Shown: positions 39,791 through 52,511 of the stretch, piece after piece | Position numbering within the stretch: position 1 is the first letter of the stretch | Layout of the letters: each line of letters starts with the position of its first letter | Source: Octopus sinensis | Taxonomy: Eukaryota | Assembly: GCF_006345805.1 (NCBI RefSeq) | Contig: NC_043009.1 | Span: 57,102,001 to 57,166,000, forward strand | Length of the DNA stretch: 64,000 nt | Direction: 5' to 3' | Notes under the pieces: model-generated | Database searches by the model: none | What the model was told of the DNA's origin: nothing | What the model saw: the letters and a program-made list of their open reading frames with translations, nothing else | Position numbers and translations under genes: made by a program

Positions 39791-40685
39791 TTTGTGTTCG
39801 TACTCATTTTGCCCCGCTGCTTGGAATTTTATTTTAATTCTCTCGCAGGAAGGCCTATTGGATTAGTGTTCTGTTATGCCTTCGAAACATGCCTGACTCC
39901 TCTAGCGACAGCTGATGACGGGGGTTTTGTCTTTGTAGCTCGTCCTGTATTTGTTTTTCGTTTTCTTGTTTTTCGTTTTCCGTTTTCTTGTTTTTTGTTT
40001 TTTGGTTTTTTCCGTTTCTACGTCTTATTGTGATGTCCTGTACTCCCGTATAATTATTTATATATGCATGTATATATACATGTAGATGTAGGTACGTACA
40101 TATATGTTTGTATGTATGCATATATTTTTATTTATCTCCTATATATATATATATATATACACACACACTAACTTTTACAAAGAAAAAGTAGACAGTGATT
40201 TCTTGGTAGCTTCGTCGAAGAGGGAGTGCAATAGAACGGAAACAAAGACGTTAAAATAAAGGAAGTTTAAGAAAATAGAATGAAGTGAAAAAATAACCCT
40301 GGGAAATTATAGCTGTCGGTGAGAAGATTTTGTAAAAATTATGTGAAGAAAAATATACAGCAAGAAATAAATAAATTAAGAATAGAAGTTGTAAAAAATA
40401 ATGTGACCGGCGGTAAAACTAAAGACAAAAGTAAACTTAATGTAACAACAGATCTGAGGCAGACGTATTTGCTTTGTAGCAGACGACATCAGAAACGAAC
40501 TGATTTGCTTGTAGCAGACGATGTCCAAGATGGCAATATTCAACATAGATTCTTATAATTTCAACGGATACAACTATCCTATCTTTCTCTATAGTTCATC
40601 GGTTCTCTCCATTTTCCCCCTTTAGAAAAAAAAAATCAAGTTCAAAATATCGACAGCTACCGCCGTCTGTCCCTTTTTTTCAACC

Positions 40686-41078
40686 TCTCTTTTCTCTTTT
40701 ATTTGTTTCAGTCATTTGACTGCGGCCATGCTGGAGCACCGCCTTTAGTCGAGCAAATCGATCCCAGGACTTATTCTTTGAAAGCCTAGTACTTATTCTA
40801 TCGGTGTCTTTTGCCGAACCGCTAAGTAACGGGGACGTAAACACGCCAGCATCGGTTGTCAAGCGATATTGGGGGGACAAATAGACACACAAACACATAT
40901 ATATAGCTACATATACATATATACAACGGGCTTCTTTCAGTTTCCGTCTACCAAATCCACTCACAAGGCTTTGGTCGGCCCGAGGCTATAGTAGAAGACA
41001 CTTGCTCAAGTTGCCACGCAGTGAGACTGAACCCGGAACCATGTGGTTGGTAAGCAAGCTACTTACCACACAGCCACT
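40686..41078 (-). mobile_element. SINE family A, near full length
   Basis: Reverse-complement match to family A. Confidence 0.9.
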
Positions 41079-41320
41079 GTATTACTTTCGAGGAACCATT
41101 TTTACTTAATCTAAATGAAAATCGTCCTAGAACGATCAAAGAAATGTTAAGCTTTCATCCGCAAGTCAAACTATTTACGATGAGCGAATGACAACAAAAC
41201 CATAACCTTGATATGTAACACTGGTGGTCGATCGCAGTAACACTGAACAGAAAAAAATTATAGCCAAAAAAATACGAGTTTTATTTTCTGTATGGCAATT
41301 CTGTTGACCAAAACACAATC

Positions 41321-41366
41321 AACTTAACAGCTGATCTGAAAGGAGATAAAATTGAAATATGGTGTG

Positions 41367-41411
<45 letters not shown>

Positions 41412-41451
41412 CCATATTTCAATTTTATCTCCTTTCAGATCAGCTGTTAAG

Positions 41452-41453
<2 letters not shown>
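41321..41453. repeat. Perfect 43-bp inverted repeat around a (TA)n tract
   Basis: 41321-41363 is the exact reverse complement of 41411-41453. Confidence 0.95.
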
Positions 41454-41502
<49 letters not shown>

Positions 41503-41896
41503 AATATATATATATATAACGATGTTTGTGTGTGATAAATTTATGGTTTCATATGTTATTGCAGTATACTGTCACTTCATTGTATTTACAAGCAGAGAAT
41601 AATATATTTCTCCCTACGAAACCACTTCAAAATATCTTTCAATAACTGTGTAAAGTAACATAATAAAAAGCTTTTCTTCCACAAAATCTAACTTGTAAAA
41701 TAGGAGTGGATCTTATTCGCCGGCAAATACAGTGTGTGTGTGTGTGTGTGTGAATTTTTTTATACGTGTGTCACCAGTGTATTGATTCGGTTGAATAGAT
41801 GTTGATGCAAAAAAAAAAACAAAACAAAAAAAAAACTCAAAATACAAAAACTCCGTTGATATTTTAAATACTAAAATATTTTTATCGTTAACAAAA

Positions 41897-42511
41897 AGGT
41901 AAAATTTTATATTGACACCTGCACGATTTTCACTAAGAAAAAAATAACCTCTGATTTTTTTTTTTTTTTTTTTTTGCGTGGAATCAATTACCTTGACCTA
42001 ATATGCTGCAAATCCTTTATTTTGGTTCGGAAAAAGAGTAGGGGGGCGAAGGGGTGGCGGTGGGGACCCCGCCCATTCCGGAATAATTAGAAATTTTTTT
42101 TTTTTACGTTTAATGAATTCCTGTGACTTCCTAATATGCTACAGAACCCTTTGTGGGGTCCGGAAAACGGGGTGGGGTGAGGTGGAAGCCTCGGAATATA
42201 TCTTAATTGTTGTGTGAGAAAGTATATATATTCTGATGATAAAATATAGCATCTTTCAAAAACATCCTAAATTTAAAGACTATATCTTGTGTGTTTAAGA
42301 AAAAAAATATATTTTACAGAAATAAATTTTCCAGAGTTACACGGGTCATTATTAAATATATCCTCCCTCGCCCCACTTTTTTTCTGAACCAAAATAAGGG
42401 ATTTGCAGCATATTAGGAGGTCAGGGTATACTTGATTCCATGCATAAAATCCGAGTTTAAAAATATTTTTCTTAGTGAAAATTGTGCAGGTGTTAATATA
42501 AAAATTTACCT
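41897..42511. mobile_element. Foldback/MITE-like element with ~150-bp imperfect TIRs
   Basis: AGGTAAAATTTTATATTGACACCTGCACGATTTTCACTAAG mirrored at ~42465-42511; inner arms AATATGCTGCAAATCC/GGATTTGCAGCATATT. Confidence 0.75.
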
Positions 42512-42523
42512 GAGATGGTGCCA

Positions 42524-42596
42524 GATCAGGTTAGGACAATAGGACAATAGGATCAGGTTAGGACAATAGGACAATAGGATCAGGTTAGGACAATAG
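42524..42596. repeat. 27-bp tandem repeat x2.7
   Basis: GATCAGGTTAGGACAATAGGACAATAG. Confidence 0.9.
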
Positions 42597-43199
42597 TAGT
42601 CGTGTAATTCTAGCAACTCAGTGGTTTTGCTGTGTCATCGTTGTCACCATCTATTGGTCTTGATGTACTGTCACAGTGCTTGCAGTTGACCACCACTACT
42701 GTCCTATGAACTCTGCTGGTTAGTAGGTAAAACGCACAACATACAGCTAATTTTATCAGAAAAAGCACGCCAAAGATAAAATTGTTTAATCAGATCCAGT
42801 TTTACCAAATAACAGAGTGGTCTTGTTTCTATATCATGAACTATTTCGTCCAATGTATCCTTCTTATTTGAGACACTAGGGTGTGATGAGGGAATCTGAC
42901 TGCTAATTCTAACAAGCTGAATGACCACGTAGAAGTTAATTTTTTTTACCTCTGTTAGTGACGCACATTTTCTAGATATTGGAGGAAACAGAGTTCTTCA
43001 TCTCTGTAAATAGCAAGTGGGAAGAAATATGGCCAGTGCATAGAATCATCTAACCCCTGAACCCTTTTAGGTAGGTTAGAGATCAGGGGAGTACATTGTG
43101 ACAGGTGTATTTAGCACAGAACCAGTAATTAGAAATTCAAGGAAGAGACCTGAAAGCTTTTTTCAGGGCCCTTGGAGTCAACTGACTTGAAATACCAGC

Positions 43200-44600
43200 C
43201 AGGCTAAGCTTTGAACAAAGAAGTTTAGCCTTGGGTGTTATTGTAAGTTTGAAAATGCAGTTGAAGCGCAAATACAATTTTTGAGGGAGTTTCACACAAA
43301 TCCACTTGCTTGACTTAGCATCATTTGAATTAGGGATCAGTTTAAAGCAAACAGAACTGTTCAGAAATGTCCACAAAATATACTCCCAAAGACTACAGTT
43401 ATTGACGTACCCCACAGAATGAGAAAAGGTTCTAAACCCATATTGCCAGGGCTCAAGAAAATCTGTGCAGTAAGCAAATTATGAGATGGGAAGTTTAAAG
43501 TCCATCGCATTTTGAGGCATTATCACTGGAAAAATTATGTTCCAAGAATAGTCTATTATTTCAACGATGATCTGAGCCAAACAGTGAAGTTTTGCAAGTG
43601 GTGCTTGGCAAGATGTATAGATGTACATTTTCCAACAAAGATCTTGGGGTGATGAGGCTGCATTTAAATTAAACAGCTTAATTAACAGTCATAATTTGCA
43701 CTTGAGAATACGTATATTATGGATGAACATCCTGTTAATTTTCCATGAGTTTGATTATGGTGCAGCTTATCATTAAAAGAATTGGACCATTCTTTTTTTG
43801 ATCCTACTGTGACAGGCCCCGTTTACTTGAACTTGCTGCGACAATATCACGCCAAGCATTTAAGAGAACTTTGAAGATGTAAAGTTTATAACCAGCAAGA
43901 TGGGACACTACCACACTATCATAGTAATGTAAGGACTGACTTTGATAAACAGGTGTATTTGGCAAAATATTTCAATAAAATATCCTGTGTTCACCTGACC
44001 TGAAACTATTACACTTTTTTTTTATGAAGATACTTAAAAGATAAAGTTTACAGTACTTATAGGCGCAGGAGTGGCTGTGTGGTAAGTAGCTTGCTTACGA
44101 ACCACATGGTTCCAAGTTCATTCCCACTGCGTGGCACCTTGGGCAAGTGTCTTCTACTATAGCCTTGGGCCGACCAAAGCCTTGTGAGTGGATTTGGCAG
44201 ACGGAAACTGAAAGAAGCCTGTCGTATATATGTGTATTCGTGTTTGTCCCCACATCATTTGACAACCGATGCTGGCATGTTTACGACCCCGAAACTTAGC
44301 GGTTTGGCAAAAAGGACCAATAGAATAAGTACTAGGCTTACAAAGAATAAGTCCTGGGGTCGATTTGTTCGACTAAAGGCGGTACTCCAGCATGGCCACA
44401 GTCAAATGACTGAATGAAGTAAAAGAGTACAAAAACAGCAATAGTTGACAAATTGGGGGCAGCTATTGAATAAGAATGTCCACAAATACTGAACGAAATG
44501 TTTCTTGATGTTTGCAATTCTTATGTTTCCTCTAACTAGTAGTACCTGGTCCAGAATGGTCATCAGTTTGAAAACAGGTAATTATAAAGGTAAAATTAAA
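43200..44600 (+). mobile_element. Second degenerate Tc1-family (rosa-like) transposase copy, interrupted by a SINE
   Basis: SFEQRSLA...KFENAVEAQIQFLREFHTNP, GDEAAFKLN, QQDGTLPHYH. Colinear with 21690-22645 on both sides of the SINE. Confidence 0.7.
44062..44430 (+). mobile_element. SINE family A inserted in the transposase relic
   Basis: Full head-to-tail match; AGTAC on both flanks. Confidence 0.9.
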
Positions 44601-44684
44601 AAAACTCTATAGATTTCTATTAAATTTTGAAAATGATATGGATTTTGACAAATATCACCAACTTTATAATCATCCAAAATATAT

Positions 44685-45060
44685 ACTCTTTTACTTGTTT
44701 CAGTCATTTATTTGTGGCCATGCTGGAGCACCACCTTTAGTTGAACAAATCGACCCCAGGGCTTATTCGTTGTAAGCCTAGTACTTATTCTATTAGTCTC
44801 TTTTGCCAAACCGCTAAGTTACGGGGATATAAACACACCAGGATCGGTTGTCAAGCGATGTTGGGGGGAAAAATACAGACACACAAACATACATATATAT
44901 GACTGGCTTCTTTCGGTTTCTGTCAACCAAATCCACTCGCAAGGCTTTGGTCGGCCCGAGGCTATAGTAGAAGACACTTGCCCAAGGTGCCATGCAGTGG
45001 GACTGAAATCGGAACCATGTGGTTCATAAGCAAGCTACTTACCACACAGCCACTCCTATG
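44685..45060 (-). mobile_element. SINE family A
   Basis: Reverse-complement match; forms an inverted pair with 44062-44430. Confidence 0.88.
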
Positions 45061-45926
45061 CCTATATGTACATTTTTTTAAGCACACCCTGTATATGTAT
45101 CAAAAGCAAAGAATGTGTTTGCAGAGTATTTTCACAGCCAGGCTTCCTAATGTTAACATTTCAGTCTTGATTCATACTGTTGTGCATAAAACACAGACAT
45201 GTATGTGCATAAATATTGAGTTCTTTACCAGCTTTCGAAATATCTTATATATCACAAAATATGTGACATTAGAACTAAGCTGAAAAGGAAACAATGGAAA
45301 TAGAAATACCATAAGCACAATTGTGTTTTGTTTCAGTGTGTATGAGAGCAAAGGCATAAGACAGAGACAGAAAGCATACAAACTTAAAACCAGTTCAAAT
45401 ATGTTTGAGAGATATTATAACCTGTAAAAACATTTTACTGCAGTTTGTTGTGGAGAACAAAATGTTAAAACACCATTGTCAGCTCACAACAAACTGCAGT
45501 GAAAAGCAGGTTCAAACATCACTTTATACTTTCTATCACAGTCTCATGCATCTGCTCACATATTTGTTCCAGCCTGGTGGCCTACGCATGCAATCAGTAA
45601 ATAATATTCATTGATTTATGGATATAGGAAGCTTTACTTCATAATCAGCTGAGTTGCCTCCCTTGGTATCTGGAGCTGAAGAGAACAAAAGTTTTAGAAA
45701 TGTATCCATGAGTCCAATAGGGAGTGCTCTGACTATGTTGTTTTAACACCTTTTTGTCTTAAGCCAGCTTTTCTCCTTGACAAGCTGTAGTGAAAGGCCT
45801 TTATAGGGTCAAATAACTCTCAAACAAATGTGATCAGGTCTTACATGTACATGAGCATGCATATATATATATATATATATATGATAGGTCGGTAGCCACA
45901 ACACACATTTTTTTTCTCTCCTTGTT

Positions 45927-45964
45927 TCTTTCTGTGGAAGAGCGTAGGCTCGAAACGTTAAAGA
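45927..45964 (+). ncRNA. Degenerate minimal hammerhead-like motif (core CTGTGGA)
   Basis: TCTTT-CTGTGGA-A-GAGC(GTAG)GCTC-GAAA-CG-TT-AAAGA. Confidence 0.4.
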
Positions 45965-46472
45965 CTTTTTCAATTCCCGAGCGTTATACTAATACATCTG
46001 TTTGTTTTCTACACCACCTGTCTTCGTCTGGTGCTGCTTTTCTCACAGATGGTGCCTAACTGACCCTACTGTACTGTGTAGTTGACAAAATCAAAAACAG
46101 ACAATGCACATGCGTAAAATTACAAATATAAAATGATGACAATTTACCCATCGCACCCTGCATGTGTGTATATATATATTTAAAACATTATTCACTTGTG
46201 GTGGGTAGGTTGTCTCCCCTGTCAGTAAATATAAAATGTGCCTCTGTGGCTAAAGTGCTTTGACTCTTATTTCTAGTAATACCGGTGCTCCCTGCACCCT
46301 TTGTCACTTTTTAGTGATGGGGAATTGTTTCCTTTTTTGCTATTGAAATGCATCTAGCCACTTAACCCATGCTAGCATGGAAAATGGACGTTAAACGATG
46401 ATGATTAATTAATTTAATTTAATGTATATAGATAAAATTATAGTATTTAGTTTTCACTTAATGTATATTTTG

Positions 46473-46518
<46 letters not shown>

Positions 46519-46751
46519 TTGTTTTAAATATTTTAATTAATTGTATTTTATTTCCTAATAATAATGAGATATTATAGTTTATTATTCTTTTCTTATATAT
46601 GTTAAAATTTTATTTTTATAGATATAATAAATATTTATACCTTTTTATTCCATTTTTTTATTTACACAAATTTAAAATATTTCGTACTTTACAAGATTAT
46701 ATACATATATTTATTAATTTATCTTATTAATTATTTTATTGTTTTTATCTT

Positions 46752-46834
46752 TAACCTGAAGAGTGACTATATTTATATTGAAGTAATTTTACTATTATCA
46801 TTTCTTAAATATAGCCACGAAACACGTGTAGTTA
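46752..46834 (+). ncRNA. Minimal type-I hammerhead ribozyme, canonical core
   Basis: TAAC-CTGAAGA-GTGACTATATTTA...TAAATATAGCCAC-GAAA-CACGTG-TA-GTTA. Stem II pairs at 12/13 positions with G10.1-C11.1; palindromic stem III ACACGTGT; GUA triplet. Confidence 0.78.
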
Positions 46835-47734
46835 TTCTACCAAATATATAGATTTTATTTATTATTTTGCACATTACTTAATCATTGGTATATGTTTTAT
46901 CTTATATTTAATCTTTCTATAAGATGTAATTTTTCTAAATGGTACAATATATATATGTGTGTATGTGTGTGCAGTATAGTGTTCTTGTTTAGCTCCAGAT
47001 CAGCCCTGATCAAAGACATTCCTGTAGTAACCATCCCATCTTTTTCCCTGAGTTAAGAACTCAGAACCACAATATTCATTTCAGTGAGTAATGTTCAACA
47101 AATTACAAATAAATACAAATTTTACTTAATGAAAAATTACATATGAAATACAATGAAAGAATCGATTTGAAAATAATGATCTCTCTTATCTTTCTAGTAG
47201 TCAATCTGCACAAAAATTTTGTTGCGCAAATTTTTGTCCACACACCCCCATGACATAATGTGTGTGCACCGAATGTATAATAAAAGTATTATTATCATAA
47301 TTATTATTATTTACTACATCATTTTAGGTAACTAACATATTGTACACTCAATTTCCTGTATATGCATTAATTTCTCTCATAAGACATGTGCAAACACACA
47401 GCTTAGAGAGAACAGTGGAACGTTTGTTGTCCATGTATTGAATGACAGTGAACAATAACTGTAATCAAGCTAACAAAGGGTCCTCCATGTGATTGACTTG
47501 CTAGAAACAACAGCCAAATTCATTCAAATCGTACTGTTTAAAATGAACCAAAAAGGTACTAACACTCTTTTTCTCTCCCTCCAACTAGGGTAACCATCTA
47601 TTTCCTCTACAGCAAAACATCTGTTTCTCTCCCTCTGTCATATGCTTACCTTTCACCACCAGGCATAGAGCCACTGCCTTCTATACCACCCCACCTTTCA
47701 AAGGATTTTTTTTATTCTCATAAGTTTTTTACTG

Positions 47735-48030
47735 GTGCCATGTAAAAAGCATCCAGTCCACTCTGTAAAGTGGTTGGCTTTTGAAAGGCCATTCATTAGT
47801 AAAAACCATGCCAAAGGAGACCTCACTGGTACTAATGCCACATAAAAAACACCCAGTTCACTCTGTAAAGTGTTTGGCATTAGGAAGGGCATCCAGACAT
47901 AGAAACCATTCCAGAGCAGACAGTGGAGCTTTATGCAGTCTTCTAACTTGCCCAGTTTCTGTCAAACCATCCAACCAATGCTAGCATGGTAGACAGATTT
48001 AAATGATGATGATGGTGATGATAATGATGA
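47735..48030 (+). mobile_element. RTE-related 3' tail repeat
   Basis: GGCATTAGGAAGGGCATCCAG...CCATCCAACC.ATGCTAGCATGG...(GAT)n. Family also at ~52290-52465(+), 54101-54258(-), 56070-56195(+), 60470-60650(+), 61330-62020(+), 62038-62165(-), 63470-63600(-). Confidence 0.75.
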
Positions 48031-48097
48031 TGGATAATGTAGAGTGAAAAGAAAAAGATATGGGATAGTTACAATGGCAATGCCTTTGATTGTGGGT

Positions 48098-48324
48098 TTA
48101 ACCCTTTAGTATTTAAACCGGCCATATCCGGCCAAAATAGTTAATCTGCTTTATGTTCAAACTGATCAGATCCAGGCTCTCACACCTACCCTACAATGTT
48201 ATTCTACATTAAGTAATTACACCATCAAGATCTTGAAGATATGAGATAATGCATGATTAATTCAAATCAATGGGAATCAATAGGCATTATGCTTGACTGA
48301 ATAATCTGAACACTAAAGGGTTAA
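48098..48324. mobile_element. piggyBac-type MITE (TTAA TSD, CCCTTTAGT termini, 219 bp)
   Basis: TTAA-CCCTTTAGT...ACTAAAGGG-TTAA. A degenerate relative lies at ~57836-58032. Confidence 0.8.
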
Positions 48325-48638
48325 GGCTCATTAAGAACTGGCTTGGGAAGGGAATTAAAGAATAACTGCAACAGAGAATATTCTAATAACTGCAATAAGT
48401 TCGAAGTAGTTGTTTTCGGCGAAAACCTTTATGAACAACCATACATCCTTGGAGAATAAGAAAGACATGAACAAGAGGTGAGATATTTAATAATATTATT
48501 AATAATAATAATAAGAAGAATGACAATTTAGTTATACAGGGGAAGTGGATGTTGTGATGTCGATGCTTTTCCCCAGGGCATTAGCAAAATAAGTGAAGCT
48601 GTTTCAGCCAGGAATCAAAACCTACTCAGATTTCACTG

Positions 48639-48683
<45 letters not shown>

Positions 48684-49110
48684 TAACAAAACAAAAATGA
48701 TGATTTCTAAAATATGCACAAGGCCTCAAATTTGGAAAGGGGAAGTGCAGTCGATTATATTGACTCCTGTACTTGACTGCAACTTATTGACCCTAGAAGG
48801 ATAAAAAGCAACGTTGACCCCCACCTAACTTCTGAAGGATTTGAACTCAGAACATAAAGGGACGTAACTAAACCAGCCTTATAATAATGTTTCTAATTTA
48901 AAATAATAATAATAATAATAATCCTTTCTACAACAGGCACAAGGCCTGAAATTTTTTTTTAGGGGAGAGGGTTAGTTGATTACATTGACCCCAGTGCTTA
49001 ACTGGTACTTATTTCATCAGCCCCAAAAGGACGAAAGGCAAAGTTGACCTCGGCAGAATTTGAACTCAGAGCACAGAGATGGATGAAATACAGATAAGCT
49101 TTTTGCGATA

Positions 49111-49152
<42 letters not shown>

Positions 49153-50620
49153 CCTGATGCAGTACCAGGCAGTGGCTCTCATGGCTTCTGATCTTAACTG
49201 ATTGGAAGTGTTATCATGTACATTGTTTTGTTTTGGTATAAAAGATGGGCTACAGCAAATATTCTGCTCAATACCACAGATTTGCTTGTCAGTTGTTTGA
49301 CCATAACTAGTTGAGCATGTCCCTTAGTGGCTGACGATATGTGCATCTCTGATCACGAGCAGCAGTAGTGGGGGAGCATCATAGCTATGTGTTGAGAGGG
49401 ATTCTTTGGGGTTTGAATAATTCATCTCTGGAAACATGGGTGTTTCGTTCAACATCCTTAAACAACCCTTTTTCAGGGACCTTTTGAGCGGGATGGGTTA
49501 CTTGACCAGAAGAAAATTCTAACTGGGCCCCACCTACAAGGTCATGTGCTGTTTATCTTGATATGGGATCACCATGTTGTGCACATATGGTTGTGATGCA
49601 TGTGCCTGGTGTACCCTTATCAGACGGGTAGTCATGATGGGTATACTGGGCTTCGTATATTTTACCCCAGTGTCACTTTGATGGCATGCACTGCTCTCTC
49701 ATTCAATAATAATAATATAATAATAGTTATTATCATAATAATTGTTCTTAGTTGGACACAAATCCCAGAAAATTTGAGAAGGGATTAAACAATAACGCTG
49801 TCACCAGATCTAGACTGGTAGGTACATTAAAAGGCAAAGCTGATCTTGGTGGGATTTGAACTAAGGAACTAGTAAAGAGCTGTAACTAAACACCACAAGG
49901 TATTTTCTTCAATGATCTAACAATTCTGCCAACCCCATGACCTAATGCAGGCACAAGGCCACAATAATTTCTTTGGAAGGGGGAGAGGGGTATAGTCAAT
50001 TACATCAACCCCAGTATATAACTGGAACTTTTGTTTATTGGCCCTGGAAGAATGAAAGGAAATGTTGACCTTGGCAGGTTTTTAACTTAATAATAATAAT
50101 AATAATAATAATAAGGACAAAAGCTAACAGCATTCAGCAGTTGCATGTGGTGGTGGTGGGGATATGTAAACAAAATCTTGAGACAGACAGGGGAGAGACA
50201 GACAGACAGACAGACAGAGCAGGGATAGCAGGGTGGAGATAGAGAAAAATAAACAGAAGAGGGGGGAATGAATAGAGAGGAGAAAAGAGAAAGTAAAAAG
50301 GGAAGAGAAAGACAGTGAAAGGAGGAGAGAGAGAAAGAAGAGAGAGAGACAGACAGAAATAAAAAGATGTGAAGAGACAATAAGAAAGTAAAGAAAAGAA
50401 GAGGAGAAACAGTCAGAGAGACAGTAAAAAGTGAAAGAGAGGGGCAGAGAGAGGGAGGGTAAACTGGAAAAGAATGGGAGAGAAAGAGAGTAGATACAGA
50501 TAAGAGAGAGAGAGGGGGGGGGAAGACACACAGAATGTAAACAGACACAAAGACAAACACAAAAAAAAAAACAGAAGAAAAGAAAAAAAAAAACACAACA
50601 AAACATTAAGTTGCAGGAAG

Positions 50621-50728
50621 TTAAGCCTCCCAGTTCTTGTATTCCATTCCAGATGGAGGTTTCACATCGACTGCTTTCTCTCCAACCTCGTTCCAATTGG
50701 TGCTGAGAACCGTGCCACTTGACTCTAC
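50621..50728 (-). CDS. SUGT1: SUGT1 terminal coding exon (SGS domain C-terminus)
   Basis: ttctag|GTA GAG TCA AGT...GCT TAA = VESSGTVLSTNWNEVGEKAVDVKPPSGMEYKNWEA*; phase 0. Confidence 0.95.
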   Translation of the reverse strand, partial: VESSGTVLSTNWNEVGEKAVDVKPPSGMEYKNWEA

Positions 50729-50938
50729 CTAGAAGGACAGACAGACAGTATGAGTGAGTGAGAGACGAGAAAATATTTATTGATAAATTATTGATACATG
50801 ACAGGCACAGTGACATATGTGTGGCAGAGAAGCTTGCTTCCCAGCCATGTGACATCAGGTTCGGTCCCACTGTTTGGGGCTGAGCAAAAGCCTTCGGAAG
50901 GGATTCGGTAGATGGCAACTGAAAGAAGCCTATCACAC

Positions 50939-50974
<36 letters not shown>

Positions 50975-51424
50975 CCTGTCTTGACATCATGTGGCGGTTG
51001 TAAAGGAGCATCACTGTCCATCATACAAGTAATGATGCCTTTGTTTCTGTGGGAAACATGTCTAGCCATGTGGAAATATCACCTTGCTTGGAAGTGAGTG
51101 AGTGTGTGTGTTGGGGGAGGGGGGTGGGCAGAGTGGAGTTGTCAACAGGAAGGGCATCTGGCAATGGAATATCTGCCTCAACAAATTCCATCTGATCCAA
51201 TGTAAGCATGGAAAAGTGCATTGAGGCAGATTTTCTATGGATGGATGCCCTTCCTGTCTCCGACCCTTAAATGTTTCTAAGAAGGTAATATTTTCCCCAT
51301 GGCCAGACATATTCTCACAGAATATTGGGAATTAATGACACTACTTGTATGACAGTGACAGCTATTTTACAACAATCACATGATGTCAAGACAAGGAACC
51401 ACAAACATTAATACATATATTCTT

Positions 51425-51797
51425 TTATTCTTTTACTCGTTTCAGTCATTTGACTGCAGCCATGCTGGAGCACCTCCTTTAGTCGAAGAAATTGACCCTA
51501 GGACACAGTCTTTCTAAGCCCAGTACTTATTCTATCGATCTCTTTTTGCCATACCACTAAGTTACGGGGACATAAACACACCAACATCAGTTGTTAAGCG
51601 ATGGTGGGGGACAAACACAAACACACAAACATATACATATATTCGATGGGTTTCTTTCAGTTTTCGTCTACCAAATTCACTCACAAGGCTTTGGTCAGCC
51701 CGAGACTATAGCATAAGACACTTGCTCAAGGTGCCACACAGTGGGACTGAACTTGGAATGATGTGGTTGGCAAGCAAGCTTCTTACCACACAGCCAT
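51425..51797 (-). mobile_element. SINE family A in last SUGT1 intron
   Basis: Reverse-complement match to family A. Confidence 0.85.
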
Positions 51798-52511
51798 GTA
51801 TACATACGTTATTAACATCGGGCAAATGAGAAAGGTGTGCTCAAAATGTATTGCAGGGGATTTTTATTAAAACTGAAGGTGAGAACTTGTGCACAACAGC
51901 TTCAGTTTTAATAAGAAATACATACACACATACATACAAGATGGGTTCTTTCAGTTTTCTTCAACTAAATCCACTCACAAGGCTTTGGTCAGCCTATGGC
52001 TATAGTAGATGGCACTTGCCCAAGGGGCCATACAGTGGGACTGAACCTGGAACCATGTGGTTGGGAAGCAAACTTCTTACCACATAGCCACATCTGCACC
52101 TTAAAAAAAAAAAAAGGTTGCTAACTGGTCTTTCAACTTATGCTGGTAGCGATTCATTCTGAGCTAGGAATGTCACAGAAACACATATCTATGACTGCAT
52201 TATCTAATGTAGATTTTGATCTTGTTACAAACACAGTATAAACTGTGAAAGATAAAGGGCTGATATATGTGTGTGTGTTGGCACCAGGTAAAAAGCATCC
52301 AGTACACTCTGTCAAGAGGTTGGCATTAGGAAGAGCATCCAACCATAGAAACGATGCCGTGACTGGAGCCTGATGCAGCCCTCTGGCTTGCCAGCTCCTG
52401 TCAAACTGTCCAACCCATGCCTGCATGGAAAATGGATGTTAAATGATGATGACATGATGATGATGTATGTGCATGGAATATCCAGTAGAGTTGTAAAGAG
52501 AGTCTACTCAC

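Noticed and set aside
45640-45680. Possible isolated minus-strand exon (ttctcttcag|CTCCAG...GAA|gtaaag)
   Set aside because: No recognisable peptide or partner exons; it lies beyond the SUGT1 stop.
45671-45708. Hammerhead-like CTGAAGA-GAAC(AAAA)GTTT-TA-GAAA-TG-TA-TCCA
   Set aside because: Two extra nucleotides before GAAA, offset stem I and no viable stem III; compatible with chance.
50087-51014. Long minus-strand ORFs (169 and 296 aa)
   Set aside because: Open because of CT-rich low complexity and SINE sequence; the real coding content is the 108-nt SUGT1 exon in another frame.
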